From the NCBI GenBank assembly GCA_045580485.1, contig JAZNNW010000129.1, forward strand, positions 723 to 64,722: a stretch of DNA of 64,000 nucleotides, given 5' to 3'. Source of the stretch: Candidatus Avilachnospira sp. (GTDB lineage Bacteria > Bacillota > Clostridia > Oscillospirales > Oscillospiraceae). Below, in pieces: positions 10,097 through 20,674 of this stretch. Under the pieces are notes generated by a model. It did no database searches. It was not told the origin of the DNA and was given only the letters and a program-made list of their open reading frames with translations. The stretch's first letter is position 1. Every line of letters begins with the position of its first letter. Position numbers and translations under genes: made by a program.

Positions 10097-13000
10097 ATGG
10101 GCTTTGTTCATCTACATGTTCATACGGAATACAGCCTTTTGGACGGCGCCTGCCGCATCAAGGGGATCATGGACCGTGTCAAGGAGATCGGGCAGGAGGC
10201 CATTGCCATCACCGATCACGGCGTTATGTATGGCGTTATCGATTTTTACAGAGCGGCAAAGAAGGCCGGGATCAAGCCCATCATTGGCTGCGAGGTCTAT
10301 GTGGCACCCAGAAGTCGCCATGACAAAACCTACGGCGTGGATCACGAAGCATTCCATCTGGTGCTTCTCTGTGAAAACGAAACCGGCTACCGCAATCTGA
10401 GCTACATGGTCTCTCAGGCCTTTGTGGAAGGCTTTTACGGCAAGCCCCGTGTGGATCTGGAACTGCTCCGTGCCCATCATGAGGGTATCATTGCCCTGTC
10501 TGCCTGTGTGGCAGGCCAGATTCCGCAGCTGATTCTTTCCAAAGACTATGACGGCGCCAAGGCCAAGGCTTTGGAGCTTTCGGGTATATTCGGCGAAGGC
10601 AATTTCTATCTGGAACTGCAGGATCACGGTCTTGCAGAGCAGCAGGAAATCAATCAGGGAATCCTGCGCCTGTCCAGAGAAACAGGTATGCCTTTGGTCA
10701 TTACCAACGATGCCCACTATCTGCGCAAAGAGGACAGCCGTATGCAGGATGTGCTCATGTGCGTGCAGATGGGAAAGACGGTGGATGATCCCAACCGAAT
10801 GCGGTTTGAGACCGATGAATTCTATCTGAAATCCGAAGAGGAGCTGCGCCAGCTGTTCCCCCAGCAGGCGGAGGCCTTTGAAAATACAGTGAAAATTGCA
10901 GAACGCTGCAATGTGGAATTTACCTTCGGCAAGTATCATTTGCCGGAGTTCCAGCTGCCGGAGGGCTACGATTCTCTCACTTATCTGAAAGAGCTGTGCG
11001 GCAAGGGCTTTGAAGAACGCTACGGCGGAACGCACCCCGAATACCGTCAGCAGCTGGATTACGAGATCGATATGATCGAGAAAATGGGTTTTACGGACTA
11101 TTTTCTCATTGTTTCGGACTTTGTTCGTTATGCGAAATCTGTGGGTATTCCCGTGGGCCCCGGTCGTGGCAGTGCGGCAGGCTCCATGGTCTCCTATACC
11201 CTCCATATCACCGATCTGGACCCTATGCAGTACAGCTTGTACTTTGAGCGGTTCCTGAACCCGGAACGAATTTCCATGCCCGATATCGATATGGACTTCG
11301 GTGACACCCGCCGTGGGGAAGTGGTGGATTATGTCCGGGAAAAGTACGGCGAAGACCGGGTGGCTCAGATCGTCACCTTCGGCACCATGGCTGCCAGAGG
11401 TGCCATCCGTGATGTGGGCAGAGCCTTGAATTTTACCTATGCTGAGACTGATGTGGTGGCGAAGCTGGTGCCCACCATGCCTTTGCATATCACCTTGGAT
11501 GAGGCATTGAAGGTCTCTCCGCAGCTGAAAGAGATGTACGATGACGATGAGCGGGTGCGGGAGCTTATCGACACTGCCAGAAGTCTGGAGGGTATGCCCC
11601 GCAACACCTCCACCCATGCTGCCGGTGTGGTCATCACAAAGAATCCCGTCCACACCTATGTGCCTCTGGCCACCAATGACGATGTGATCGTCACCCAGTA
11701 CACCATGACCACACTGGAAGAACTGGGCCTTCTGAAAATGGACTTTTTGGGTCTGCGAAATCTGACGGTCATTGAAGATGCCGTGCAGGATATCCGCAAA
11801 AAAGTGCCGGATTTTGATATGAGCAGAATCCCCGATGATGATCCCGACACCTTTGCCATGCTTTCGGCGGGTCAGACCTCCGGTGTGTTCCAGATGGAAT
11901 CTGCCGGTATGACCGGCGTGTGTGTCCAGCTGAAGCCCCAGTCCATTGAGGATATCACGGCTATTGTGGCGCTGTACCGACCGGGCCCCATGGAATCCAT
12001 TCCCAGATTTGTGCAAAACAAGTTCAATCCCCAGTCGGTCGTCTACAAGCATCCCATGCTCCAACCCATTCTGCAGGTCACCTACGGCTGCATCGTCTAT
12101 CAGGAGCAGGTCATTGAGATCTTCCGTCGACTGGGCGGTTTCAGTCTTGGTCAGGCGGATAATGTCCGCCGAGCTATCTCCAAGAAAAAGCAGGATATCA
12201 TCGTGGCAGAGCGAAAGGCGTTCGTCTACGGCGATCCTCAGCGGAACATCCATGGCGCTGTGGCGGTGGGTGTGCCGGAGGATGTGGCAAACGCTATCTA
12301 TGATGAGATCTTCGATTTTGCAAACTATGCCTTTAACAAGGCTCATGCGGTCTGCTATGCCAAGGTCGCCTATGATACGGCTTATCTGAAGTGCCATTAT
12401 CCCAAGGAATATATGGCGGCGCTGATGACCTCGGTGCTGGACAGCTCTGTGAAGGTCTCCGGTTATATCGGCGACTGCAAGGAACTGGGAATCGCTGTTC
12501 TGCCCCCCGATATCAACGAGTCCAATGCCCACTTTACGGTAGTACCGGAGGGTATCCGCTTCGGTTTGGCAGCGGTGAAGAATATCGGCAGAGGATTTAT
12601 TCAGAAAGTTGCATCGGAGCGGGAAAGCGGAGGAAAATTCCGCAGTCTGGAAGATTTTTGTTCCCGTCTTCATGGAACGGAACTGAACAAGCGTGCTGTG
12701 GAAAACCTCATCAAATGCGGTGCCTGTGACTGCTTCGGTCTTCATCGCAGTCAGCTGCTGTATATCTATGAAGCGGTGATGGATTCTGTTGCCGACAGCA
12801 GAAGACGGAATGTGGAAGGGCAGATGGACTTGTTTGGCTTTGGCGGAGAAACGGAAGAGTCTGCCGTATCCGTCGATGTTCCCAACCTGCCGGAACTGAG
12901 CCCCCAGGACCGGATGTCCATGGAAAAGGAAGTAACGGGTCTGTACCTGTCCGGTCATCCTATGGATGACTACCGTGCCATGCTGAAACAGTCTCAGGTG

Positions 13001-13558
13001 GCTGCCATCGGCGAGATTCTGGAGTGCTTTGAGACCGGTGGTACGGAGTTTGCCGATGAGCAGGTGGTCACTGTTGCCGGTATGGTGCAGCAGATGAAAA
13101 TGAAGACCACCAGAAACAACTCTCTCATGGCCTACATCACTTTGGAGGATGACACCGGCGCTATGGAAATGCTGGTGTTCTCCAACTCCATCGACCGCTA
13201 CGGCGGATATCTGACGGAAAATGCAGCGGTAGTCATCTCCGGCAAGATCTCTGTCCGGGATGAAAAAGCCCCTCAGATGATCGTCAATCAGGTGTGGCCT
13301 CTGGATGCCTATGCCAAAAACCGTCCTGCCCAGGCACAGCAGCCCAAGGCAGGGAAGCTCTATCTGCAGATCCCTTCGGATAACACCTCTCAGGATCGTC
13401 GGACCCGTGCGGTGTTGCAGATGTTCCCCGGCAAAATGCCTGCGGTTTTGTACTACGCCGATACCAAAATCCGGCGGCAGACCTTCTGTGATCCCAAGGA
13501 AGAATTGCTGCAGGAACTGCAGGAGATTCTCGGAGAGAAAAATGTTGTCCTAAAATGA
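10097..13558 (+). CDS. dnaE: DNA polymerase III alpha subunit (DnaE type)
   Basis: 1153-aa ORF with PHP domain start FVHLHVHTEYSLLDG, polymerase core and a C-terminal OB fold. Confidence 0.95.
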   Translation: MGFVHLHVHTEYSLLDGACRIKGIMDRVKEIGQEAIAITDHGVMYGVIDFYRAAKKAGIKPIIGCEVYVAPRSRHDKTYGVDHEAFHLVLLCENETGYRNLSYMVSQAFVEGFYGKPRVDLELLRAHHEGIIALSACVAGQIPQLILSKDYDGAKAKALELSGIFGEGNFYLELQDHGLAEQQEINQGILRLSRETGMPLVITNDAHYLRKEDSRMQDVLMCVQMGKTVDDPNRMRFETDEFYLKSEEELRQLFPQQAEAFENTVKIAERCNVEFTFGKYHLPEFQLPEGYDSLTYLKELCGKGFEERYGGTHPEYRQQLDYEIDMIEKMGFTDYFLIVSDFVRYAKSVGIPVGPGRGSAAGSMVSYTLHITDLDPMQYSLYFERFLNPERISMPDIDMDFGDTRRGEVVDYVREKYGEDRVAQIVTFGTMAARGAIRDVGRALNFTYAETDVVAKLVPTMPLHITLDEALKVSPQLKEMYDDDERVRELIDTARSLEGMPRNTSTHAAGVVITKNPVHTYVPLATNDDVIVTQYTMTTLEELGLLKMDFLGLRNLTVIEDAVQDIRKKVPDFDMSRIPDDDPDTFAMLSAGQTSGVFQMESAGMTGVCVQLKPQSIEDITAIVALYRPGPMESIPRFVQNKFNPQSVVYKHPMLQPILQVTYGCIVYQEQVIEIFRRLGGFSLGQADNVRRAISKKKQDIIVAERKAFVYGDPQRNIHGAVAVGVPEDVANAIYDEIFDFANYAFNKAHAVCYAKVAYDTAYLKCHYPKEYMAALMTSVLDSSVKVSGYIGDCKELGIAVLPPDINESNAHFTVVPEGIRFGLAAVKNIGRGFIQKVASERESGGKFRSLEDFCSRLHGTELNKRAVENLIKCGACDCFGLHRSQLLYIYEAVMDSVADSRRRNVEGQMDLFGFGGETEESAVSVDVPNLPELSPQDRMSMEKEVTGLYLSGHPMDDYRAMLKQSQVAAIGEILECFETGGTEFADEQVVTVAGMVQQMKMKTTRNNSLMAYITLEDDTGAMEMLVFSNSIDRYGGYLTENAAVVISGKISVRDEKAPQMIVNQVWPLDAYAKNRPAQAQQPKAGKLYLQIPSDNTSQDRRTRAVLQMFPGKMPAVLYYADTKIRRQTFCDPKEELLQELQEILGEKNVVLK

Positions 13559-13644
13559 GATAAAATTCACACTTGGGCTACAAATTTCGAAAAAAATGTG
13601 ATATACTCTTATGTTGGAAAAGAGCATGGGAAAGGAGTCTGCTC

Positions 13645-14985
13645 ATGAGAAGAAAAAAGCATATTTTGATCTTGGCAGCGGCCCTTTTCTGTGCACTCTT
13701 ATGCACAGGCTGCGTTGGTCAGCCGGCAGATACTCTGTATGCTCTGCCCAGACAGCCCGATGAGTATTATGAGCTGCAAAGCGCCATCGATCAGGTGCTG
13801 GGCACCGGCGCATCCTACTCCGGCCCCTTGACCGGCTCCAATCAGCAGGCGGTACAGCTTGCGGATCTGGATGGAGACGGACAGGACGAAGCCATTGTTT
13901 TTGTGAAGGTGGCCGGTCCTAAGGCCTTGAAGGCCTATATCTTTGACAGCGAGCAGGACGGCACCTATCAAAACACAGCCGTGATCGAAGGGGACGGCAG
14001 TGCCTTCGACTCTGCCGACTATGTGCAGATCGATGGAGAGCCGGGGCTGGAGATCATTGTAGGCCGCCAGCTCAGCGAGCAGATATCCCAGTCCCTTGGT
14101 GCTTATGCTTATCGGGAAGGTCGGTTGGTGGAACTGATGACTGCCAACTATGCCGAGTATACGGCGGTGGATCTGGACGGCGATGACTGCCGGGATATTT
14201 TCATTCTTCGGCAGGAGGTCGATGACCGCACCGATGCGGCAGAGTTATACCGCTACGAAAACGGGCGGATGGTTCGGGAACCGGAAGTGAGCCTTTCCAC
14301 CGGTGCAAAAGAGATCAAACGCATGGTCACCGGTTATGTCTCTCCCGGTGTTCCGGCTGTATTCGTAGCCAGTACTTATAGCCAGGAAGAGATCGTTACG
14401 GATATTTTCGCATTCCTGGACGGAGCGTTCCGCAACATTTCCACCAATGCCGAGACCGGACTCAGCGCACAGACTGTCCGAAATTACAATGTCTATGCGG
14501 CAGATATCGACAAAGACGGGCTGGTGGAGCTGCCGACGCCGGTGGCACTGCCCAGCACCCTTGCCACGGAAGAGACCTTCTGGGTCATCGACTGGTTCAA
14601 TCTGAATGTGGACGGACGGCGCGTGACAAAAATGACCACCTTCCACAGTTATCAGGATGGCTGGTATCTGGAGCTGCCGGAAAGCTGGCATGATAAAATG
14701 ACCGTATCCCGTACAGTTACGGATCTGGATGTCCATGGATACACCTTCTCCAAATGGAACGGACGGGGCGCTGCTACCGAGGAGATTTTTACGGTCTATG
14801 CCTTTACCGGTGAAAACCGGTTGGAGCGTGCAGAGACAGCAGGCTGCTTCCTTCTGGCCGAAAAGGGCGAAACGGCCTATGCAGCTTCCTTTGGAAACTG
14901 CCCCTGGGCAAAAGAACTGACTGAAAATGATTTGCAAGCCATGTTCCACTTCATTCAGGTGGACTGGAACAGCGGTGAAATATAA
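13645..14985 (+). CDS. Lipoprotein with FG-GAP/VCBS-like Asp-rich repeats, function unknown
   Basis: Start reset to ATG 13645 (RBS AAAGGAG). Signal peptide plus lipobox LLCTGC; repeated DLDGDGQDE / DLDGDDCRD / DIDKDGLVE motifs. Confidence 0.7.
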   Translation: MRRKKHILILAAALFCALLCTGCVGQPADTLYALPRQPDEYYELQSAIDQVLGTGASYSGPLTGSNQQAVQLADLDGDGQDEAIVFVKVAGPKALKAYIFDSEQDGTYQNTAVIEGDGSAFDSADYVQIDGEPGLEIIVGRQLSEQISQSLGAYAYREGRLVELMTANYAEYTAVDLDGDDCRDIFILRQEVDDRTDAAELYRYENGRMVREPEVSLSTGAKEIKRMVTGYVSPGVPAVFVASTYSQEEIVTDIFAFLDGAFRNISTNAETGLSAQTVRNYNVYAADIDKDGLVELPTPVALPSTLATEETFWVIDWFNLNVDGRRVTKMTTFHSYQDGWYLELPESWHDKMTVSRTVTDLDVHGYTFSKWNGRGAATEEIFTVYAFTGENRLERAETAGCFLLAEKGETAYAASFGNCPWAKELTENDLQAMFHFIQVDWNSGEI

Positions 14986-14996
14986 GGAGCATTGGA

Positions 14997-15683
14997 ATGA
15001 AGAAAGTTTTGATTTTGGAAGACGAAGTCAGCATCCGCAGTTTCGTCGTCATCAACTTGAGAAGAGCCGGTTATGAAGCCGTGGAAGCTGGCACAGGTAT
15101 GGAGGCTCTGGAGCAGCTGAAGAACCATCCCGACATCGGTGTGGCCATTCTGGACATCATGCTGCCGGACATCGACGGCTTTGAGGTCTGCCGCAATATC
15201 CGTGCCACCAACAAGCAGATCGGCATTATTATGTTAACTGCTCGCAGTCAGGAAATGGACAAGGTTACAGGTCTTATGACCGGTGCCGATGACTATATCA
15301 CCAAGCCCTTCAGTCCTGCAGAGCTGACTGCCCGTATCGATGCTCTGTATCGCCGAGTGGGCGGTGACTCTGCACCGGACTCCGTGGAAATGCAGCAGGG
15401 TCCCTTTGTGCTGAACACCCGCAACCGCACTCTGGATAAGGCCGGTCGGCGGATCAAGCTGACCCAGGTGGAGTATTCCATCATGAAGCTGTTTATGCAG
15501 AATCCCGGCAGAGCTCTGTCCCGTGAGGACATTCTGGCTTCCGTCTGGGGTCGTGACTACGATGGCGAGCTGAAGATCGTGGATGTGAATATCCGCCGCC
15601 TGCGTATCAAGATCGAGGACGATACGGCCAATCCTACCTATATCACCACTGTCTGGGGCTTCGGCTACAAGTGGGGCGCTTAA
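14997..15683 (+). CDS. OmpR/PhoB-family response regulator
   Basis: Receiver domain (ILDIMLPDIDG) plus a winged-helix C-terminus (TVWGFGYKW). Confidence 0.9.
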   Translation: MKKVLILEDEVSIRSFVVINLRRAGYEAVEAGTGMEALEQLKNHPDIGVAILDIMLPDIDGFEVCRNIRATNKQIGIIMLTARSQEMDKVTGLMTGADDYITKPFSPAELTARIDALYRRVGGDSAPDSVEMQQGPFVLNTRNRTLDKAGRRIKLTQVEYSIMKLFMQNPGRALSREDILASVWGRDYDGELKIVDVNIRRLRIKIEDDTANPTYITTVWGFGYKWGA

Positions 15684-15730
15684 AGACATAAAAATTACCC
15701 GCAGGGGAGTGAGACACACTGAAGAAGTTT

Positions 15731-17143
15731 TTGAAATACCAGGGCATCCAGCGCCGTTGGATCCGAAACAGCCTGAGCCTTGTGGTGGCACTGGTGCTGT
15801 GCTTTGTCATTGTGTTCTCCGTTTCCTTTACGGTTTACAGCTATTCGAATATCCGGGTGGGTCTGGAGGAAAAGGCCAAGACCACCACAGATTTTTTTGG
15901 CAACTATATCAGCCAGAGCTATAACGAGTATTATCAGTCCTGCATCCGTTATGCTCAGACCTTTGAGGATAAAAACCGTGTGGAGCTGCAGTTTATTTCC
16001 ACCAACGGCAAGCTGGTGGCATCCTCCTACGGACAGTGGGCAGGACAGGCTCCCCAGACTCCCGATGTGGCAGAGGCCATTGCCGGTCAGACCGTAGCTG
16101 CCTTCCGAGGCAGAAATCCCCAGACCGGGGAACGGATCATGGCTGTCTCCAATCCAATGGTCTATTCCAACGGCGAAGTCATCGGCGTTCTGCGCTTTGT
16201 GACCAGTCTGAAAAATGTGGACCGTCAGATTTGGAAGGGTGCAGGCGCAGCAGTCCTTTTAGGTGTGCTGTTCATTGCATTTATGCTCTACAGCAGCCGG
16301 TACTTCATGCGCTCCATTCTGGAGCCTGTGTCTGAAATCACCGCCACTGCCAAGCGTATTGCTGCCGGTTCCTACGGCGCAAGAATCAAGAAGCATCACG
16401 ATGATGAGATCGGCGAGCTGGCCGATACCATCAATGAAATGTCAGCCCAGATCGCCCAATCGGAAAAGACCCAGACGGAGTTTATCTCCTCGGTCTCTCA
16501 CGAATTGCGTACACCGCTGACTGCCATTACCGGCTGGGGTGAGACACTCCTTTCTCTGGAGGAGATGGACCCCACGGAAACACGGCGAGGCATGGCCATC
16601 ATCCTGCGGGAAGCCCGCAGACTGACCGGCATGGTGGAAGAACTTTTGGAATTCACCAGAATTCAGGACGGTCGGTTTACCCTCAATGTGACCATGTCGG
16701 ATATTTTATCTGAATTTGAAGATACGGTGTTCATGTACGGAAGCCGTCTGAAACAGGAAGGCATCCTGCTGGAATACCTGGAAAATGAGGACGATATCCC
16801 GGAAATCCCCTGTGATACCGCCAGAATTCGACAGGTTTTTTTGAACATTTTGGATAATGCCGCCAAGCACGGCGGCGAGGGAAAGAAAATCACCGCCTCT
16901 ATCCATCGGGAAGAGGAAGATGTGGTGGTTCGTATCCGGGACTTTGGACCCGGTATCCCCGAGGAGGAACTTCCTCATGTAAAGATGAAATTTTACAAGG
17001 GCAGCTCCAAGGCCAGAGGCAGCGGAATCGGTCTTTCCGTGTGCGAGGAGATCGTCACCATGCACGGTGGTACGCTGACGCTGGAAAATGCCGAGGGCGG
17101 CGGCACCCTTGTAACCATTGCACTCCCCATGGGAGAGGAGTAA
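15731..17143 (+). CDS. Sensor histidine kinase (2 TM, HAMP, HisKA, HATPase_c)
   Basis: H-box SHELRTPLTAI; N box NILDNAAKHG; G boxes DFGPGI / GSGIGLS. Confidence 0.9.
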   Translation: MKYQGIQRRWIRNSLSLVVALVLCFVIVFSVSFTVYSYSNIRVGLEEKAKTTTDFFGNYISQSYNEYYQSCIRYAQTFEDKNRVELQFISTNGKLVASSYGQWAGQAPQTPDVAEAIAGQTVAAFRGRNPQTGERIMAVSNPMVYSNGEVIGVLRFVTSLKNVDRQIWKGAGAAVLLGVLFIAFMLYSSRYFMRSILEPVSEITATAKRIAAGSYGARIKKHHDDEIGELADTINEMSAQIAQSEKTQTEFISSVSHELRTPLTAITGWGETLLSLEEMDPTETRRGMAIILREARRLTGMVEELLEFTRIQDGRFTLNVTMSDILSEFEDTVFMYGSRLKQEGILLEYLENEDDIPEIPCDTARIRQVFLNILDNAAKHGGEGKKITASIHREEEDVVVRIRDFGPGIPEEELPHVKMKFYKGSSKARGSGIGLSVCEEIVTMHGGTLTLENAEGGGTLVTIALPMGEE

Positions 17144-17147
17144 AATT

Positions 17148-18086
17148 ATGTCAACTAAAAACCAAGAGAAATTCAAAACTATGATCGGTGGACAGGCGCT
17201 TATCGAGGGTATCATGATGCGAGGCCCGGAGAAGCAATCCATTGTGGTACGCAGCCCCGAAGGGCTGGTGGTCAAAACAGAGGAGCTGAAGCTGACGAAG
17301 AAAAGCCCTCTTGCACGGCTGCCTCTGATCCGGGGTGTTATGACTTTCGGTGCCAGCATGGTGCAGGGTGTCAAAGCCCTCATGTACTCGGCAGAGTTCT
17401 TCCCGGAAGAACAGGAAGAACCCTCCAAGTTCGAGAAGTGGCTGGAAAAGAAGATCGGTTCCGAGAAAATGGAAAAGGCAGTGATCTATCTGGCTGCAGT
17501 GCTGGGCATTGCCATGTCCGTGGGTCTGTTCATTCTTTTGCCCACCTTCATTGCCGGTCTCATTCCCGGTCTGACCGGACACTATTTTGCAAGAAATCTC
17601 ATTGAGGGTCTGGTAAAAATCGTTGTTTTCATGGGATATATGATCTTAGTGTCCAAAATGAAGGACATGAAAAGAGTATTCTCATATCATGGGGCGGAAC
17701 ACAAGACCATCCGCTGCTATGAGGCACAGCTGCCCCTGACGGTGGAAAATGTCCGCCAGCAGACCAGAAAACACCCCCGCTGCGGCACCAGCTTTTTGTT
17801 GGTTGTGGTTTGCATCAGTATTCTGATGGGTGCAGTGATCCGTGTGGATCATATGCTTGCCCGCATGGGTCTGCATCTGTTGCTCCTGCTGCCCATCGTG
17901 GCGCTGGCTTATGAACTGAACCGCTGGGTGGGTCGTCATGATAACTGGCTCAGCCGTATTCTCACAGCACCCGGTCAATGGATGCAGAATTTTACCACCT
18001 ATGAACCCGATGATTCCATGATCGAAGTGGCCATCAAGGCACTGGAGGAAGTCCTGCCGGAGCAGGAGGGCGCTGACGAATGGTGA
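17148..18086 (+). CDS. DUF1385 (YqhQ-like) membrane protein
   Basis: IGGQALIEGIMMRGP and YHGAEHK motifs; start set at ATG 17148 after GGGAGAGGAG; usual neighbour of prmC. Confidence 0.8.
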   Translation: MSTKNQEKFKTMIGGQALIEGIMMRGPEKQSIVVRSPEGLVVKTEELKLTKKSPLARLPLIRGVMTFGASMVQGVKALMYSAEFFPEEQEEPSKFEKWLEKKIGSEKMEKAVIYLAAVLGIAMSVGLFILLPTFIAGLIPGLTGHYFARNLIEGLVKIVVFMGYMILVSKMKDMKRVFSYHGAEHKTIRCYEAQLPLTVENVRQQTRKHPRCGTSFLLVVVCISILMGAVIRVDHMLARMGLHLLLLLPIVALAYELNRWVGRHDNWLSRILTAPGQWMQNFTTYEPDDSMIEVAIKALEEVLPEQEGADEW

Positions 18087-18946
18087 CCTACGGGGAGCTG
18101 TATCGCCGTATCCGATTTGCTTTGGAGCATTCCGAAGGACAGCAGGCAGGCACCATCGCCAGAGAGCTGATAGCAATGGCCTCCGGTTATGAACCGGCTG
18201 CCATTATGGGAATGCAGTCTGTTTTCGTATCCGACTGCGTGGAGCGCAGTGCCATGGAGCTGACCGGTCGCTTTCTTGCAGGAGAGCCCCTTGCCTATAT
18301 TCTGGGCAAATGGAGCTTCTACGGCATGGAACTGACGGTGACGCCCGATGTGCTCATCCCCAGAGACGATACCATGGCTGTGGTGGATCTGGCTTTGGAA
18401 CAGCGGAAGTGGATGCCCTCCAATCCCAGAATTCTGGATCTTTGCACCGGCTCCGGCTGTATCGGGCTTGCGTTGGCAAGCCAGATCAAGGATGCCCGTG
18501 TGACCTTGGCGGATCTGTCTGCCAAAGCTTTGCGGATCGCAAAGAAGAATGTGACGGATCTGCGCCTGACAGGTCGGGTCTCCTGTATTCAGGCAGATGC
18601 CATGATGCCTGCCAGCAGCTTTTTGGGACAGTTCGATCTGCTGATCTCCAATCCTCCCTATATCACCGGTGCGGAAATGGAGCAGCTGCAGCCCTCTGTC
18701 CGTGACTACGAACCCCACATGGCGCTCCACGGCGGTGAGGACGGATTGGATTTCTACCGTGCCATCGTGAAGAATTACGCACCGGCGATCAAAGACGGCG
18801 GCTATCTGTGCTTTGAGTTCGGTATGGGACAGGAAAAAGCCGTCTGCGATATTCTGGAAGCAAACAAATTTGAAGTTCTGCGGCTCAAAGAAGACACCGG
18901 CCGCATTACCCGAGCAGTACTATCTAAAAAGAGAGAGGAAGCATGA
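18080..18946 (+). CDS. prmC: Release-factor glutamine N5-methyltransferase
   Basis: SAM motif [10 protein letters not shown] and catalytic NPPY (LISNPPYI). Confidence 0.9.
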   Translation: MVTYGELYRRIRFALEHSEGQQAGTIARELIAMASGYEPAAIMGMQSVFVSDCVERSAMELTGRFLAGEPLAYILGKWSFYGMELTVTPDVLIPRDDTMAVVDLALEQRKWMPSNPRILDLCTGSGCIGLALASQIKDARVTLADLSAKALRIAKKNVTDLRLTGRVSCIQADAMMPASSFLGQFDLLISNPPYITGAEMEQLQPSVRDYEPHMALHGGEDGLDFYRAIVKNYAPAIKDGGYLCFEFGMGQEKAVCDILEANKFEVLRLKEDTGRITRAVLSKKREEA

Positions 18947-20046
18947 ACATGAAGAAGGGTAACATGGAAACGCAGGCTCCCGCCAGCGACAAGAGAAAAG
19001 CACTGGATACTGCCATTGCGCAGATCGAAAAGAATTTCGGTAAGGGTACCGTTATGCGTCTGGGCGACCGTCCCGAGATGCAGGTGGATGCCATTCCCAC
19101 CGGCTCCCTGGCGTTGGATGCGGCACTGGGTATCGGTGGCGTTCCCAAGGGCAGAATCATTGAGATCTATGGACCGGAGTCCTCCGGTAAGACCACTCTG
19201 GCTCTGCATATCGTGGCCTCTGCCCAAAAGATGGGCGGCGAAGTGGCATTCGTGGATGCTGAGCATGCACTGGACCCCGACTATGCCGCTGCCATCGGCG
19301 TGGATATTGACAATATGCTGGTCTCTCAGCCCGATACCGGCGAGCAGGCACTGGAGATCACCGATGCACTGGTTCGTTCCGGTGCTGTGGATGTGGTGGT
19401 TGTGGACTCTGTTGCCGCTCTGACCCCCCGTGCTGAGATCGAAGGCGAAATGGGCGATACCTTTGTGGGTTTGCAGGCCAGACTCATGTCTCAGGCACTG
19501 AGAAAGCTGGCCGGCAACATTTCCAAGACCAACTGCGTGGTCATCTTCATCAACCAGCTGCGTATGAAGATCGGCGTCATGTACGGCAACCCCGAAACCA
19601 CCACCGGCGGCAACGCACTGAAGTTCTATGCCTCTGTCCGAATTGATATCCGCCGCACAGAAGCCATCAAGAACGGCTCTGAGATCATCGGCAACCGCAC
19701 CCGTGCCAAGATCGTCAAGAATAAAGTGGCACCTCCTTTCAAGGAAGCCATTTTTGATATCATGTACGGCGAAGGCATTTCCAAGTGGGGCGAACTGGTG
19801 GATCTGGCTGTGCAGCTGGATATCATCCAGAAGTCCGGCAGCTGGTTCTCCATGGGTGAGGAGCGCATCGGTCAGGGTCGTGATGCCGTCAAGGCCTATC
19901 TGATCGCCAATCCCGATGTGGCTGCTCAGGTGGAAGCCGAGGTTCGTGAGAACCTGTATAAGATCACCGGCGGCAAGCCCAAAATGGCTGCCAAGCCTGC
20001 TGCACAGGCTGTCAGCGTGGACGCGGAAGACTTTGATGATAATTGA
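18943..20046 (+). CDS. recA: Recombinase RecA
   Basis: [33 protein letters not shown] and the rest of the canonical RecA core. Confidence 0.97.
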   Translation: MNMKKGNMETQAPASDKRKALDTAIAQIEKNFGKGTVMRLGDRPEMQVDAIPTGSLALDAALGIGGVPKGRIIEIYGPESSGKTTLALHIVASAQKMGGEVAFVDAEHALDPDYAAAIGVDIDNMLVSQPDTGEQALEITDALVRSGAVDVVVVDSVAALTPRAEIEGEMGDTFVGLQARLMSQALRKLAGNISKTNCVVIFINQLRMKIGVMYGNPETTTGGNALKFYASVRIDIRRTEAIKNGSEIIGNRTRAKIVKNKVAPPFKEAIFDIMYGEGISKWGELVDLAVQLDIIQKSGSWFSMGEERIGQGRDAVKAYLIANPDVAAQVEAEVRENLYKITGGKPKMAAKPAAQAVSVDAEDFDDN

Positions 20047-20059
20047 GAAATTGGAGCCT

Positions 20060-20674
20060 ATGATCCGACAGGAGCACACTTTCCGTGTGCTCCTGTCGGA
20101 TGGCTCTGTTATTAAGACACAGGATTATGTGATCGCAGATCTGGGACTTTACCCGGGTATGGAGCTGGATGAAGATGCCCTGTCGGCATTGAAAGCTGCT
20201 GCTGCCAAGGCCTCTGCCAAACAGCGTGCGGTGAAGATCATCTCCGCTGCCGGTGTTTCCAAAGAGGAACTGCGCCGCCGTTTGACCCAAAAGGGGGAGA
20301 CGGCGGAAGATGCAGAGGAGGCTGTCCAATGGCTCAGCGAATTGCAGCTGCTGGATGATGCCAAAACGGCAGAGCAGATCGTCCGTTCTGCCATCCATAA
20401 AGGCTATGGGGAAGCCAGAATCAAGCAGATTTTGTTTGAAAAGCGTATTCCCAAAGAGTACTGGCAGCAGGCATTGCAGGAGATCCCTGCGATGGATGAT
20501 GCCATCGATCAGTTTCTCCGGCAGCGGCTTCGGGGCTGTCAGCCGGATCAAAAAGAAATCAAGCGCATGACCGATGCGCTTTTGCGCCGGGGCCACAGCT
20601 GGCAGGATATCCGTGCCGGTCTGAAACGGTACAATGAGGCTCTGGAACTGGAATGGGAGGAACCCTATGACTGA
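20060..20674 (+). CDS. recX: RecA regulator RecX
   Basis: Three-helix repeat protein immediately after recA. Start placed at ATG 20060 (GGAG RBS), past the recA stop; the track ORF start at 19916 overlaps recA. Confidence 0.75.
   Translation: MIRQEHTFRVLLSDGSVIKTQDYVIADLGLYPGMELDEDALSALKAAAAKASAKQRAVKIISAAGVSKEELRRRLTQKGETAEDAEEAVQWLSELQLLDDAKTAEQIVRSAIHKGYGEARIKQILFEKRIPKEYWQQALQEIPAMDDAIDQFLRQRLRGCQPDQKEIKRMTDALLRRGHSWQDIRAGLKRYNEALELEWEEPYD

Noticed and set aside
10112-12958. 948-aa ORF on the minus strand.
   Set aside because: It lies entirely antisense to dnaE, has no RBS and an odd low-complexity His/Gly/Ile-rich composition. This is a typical shadow ORF of a GC-rich coding region.
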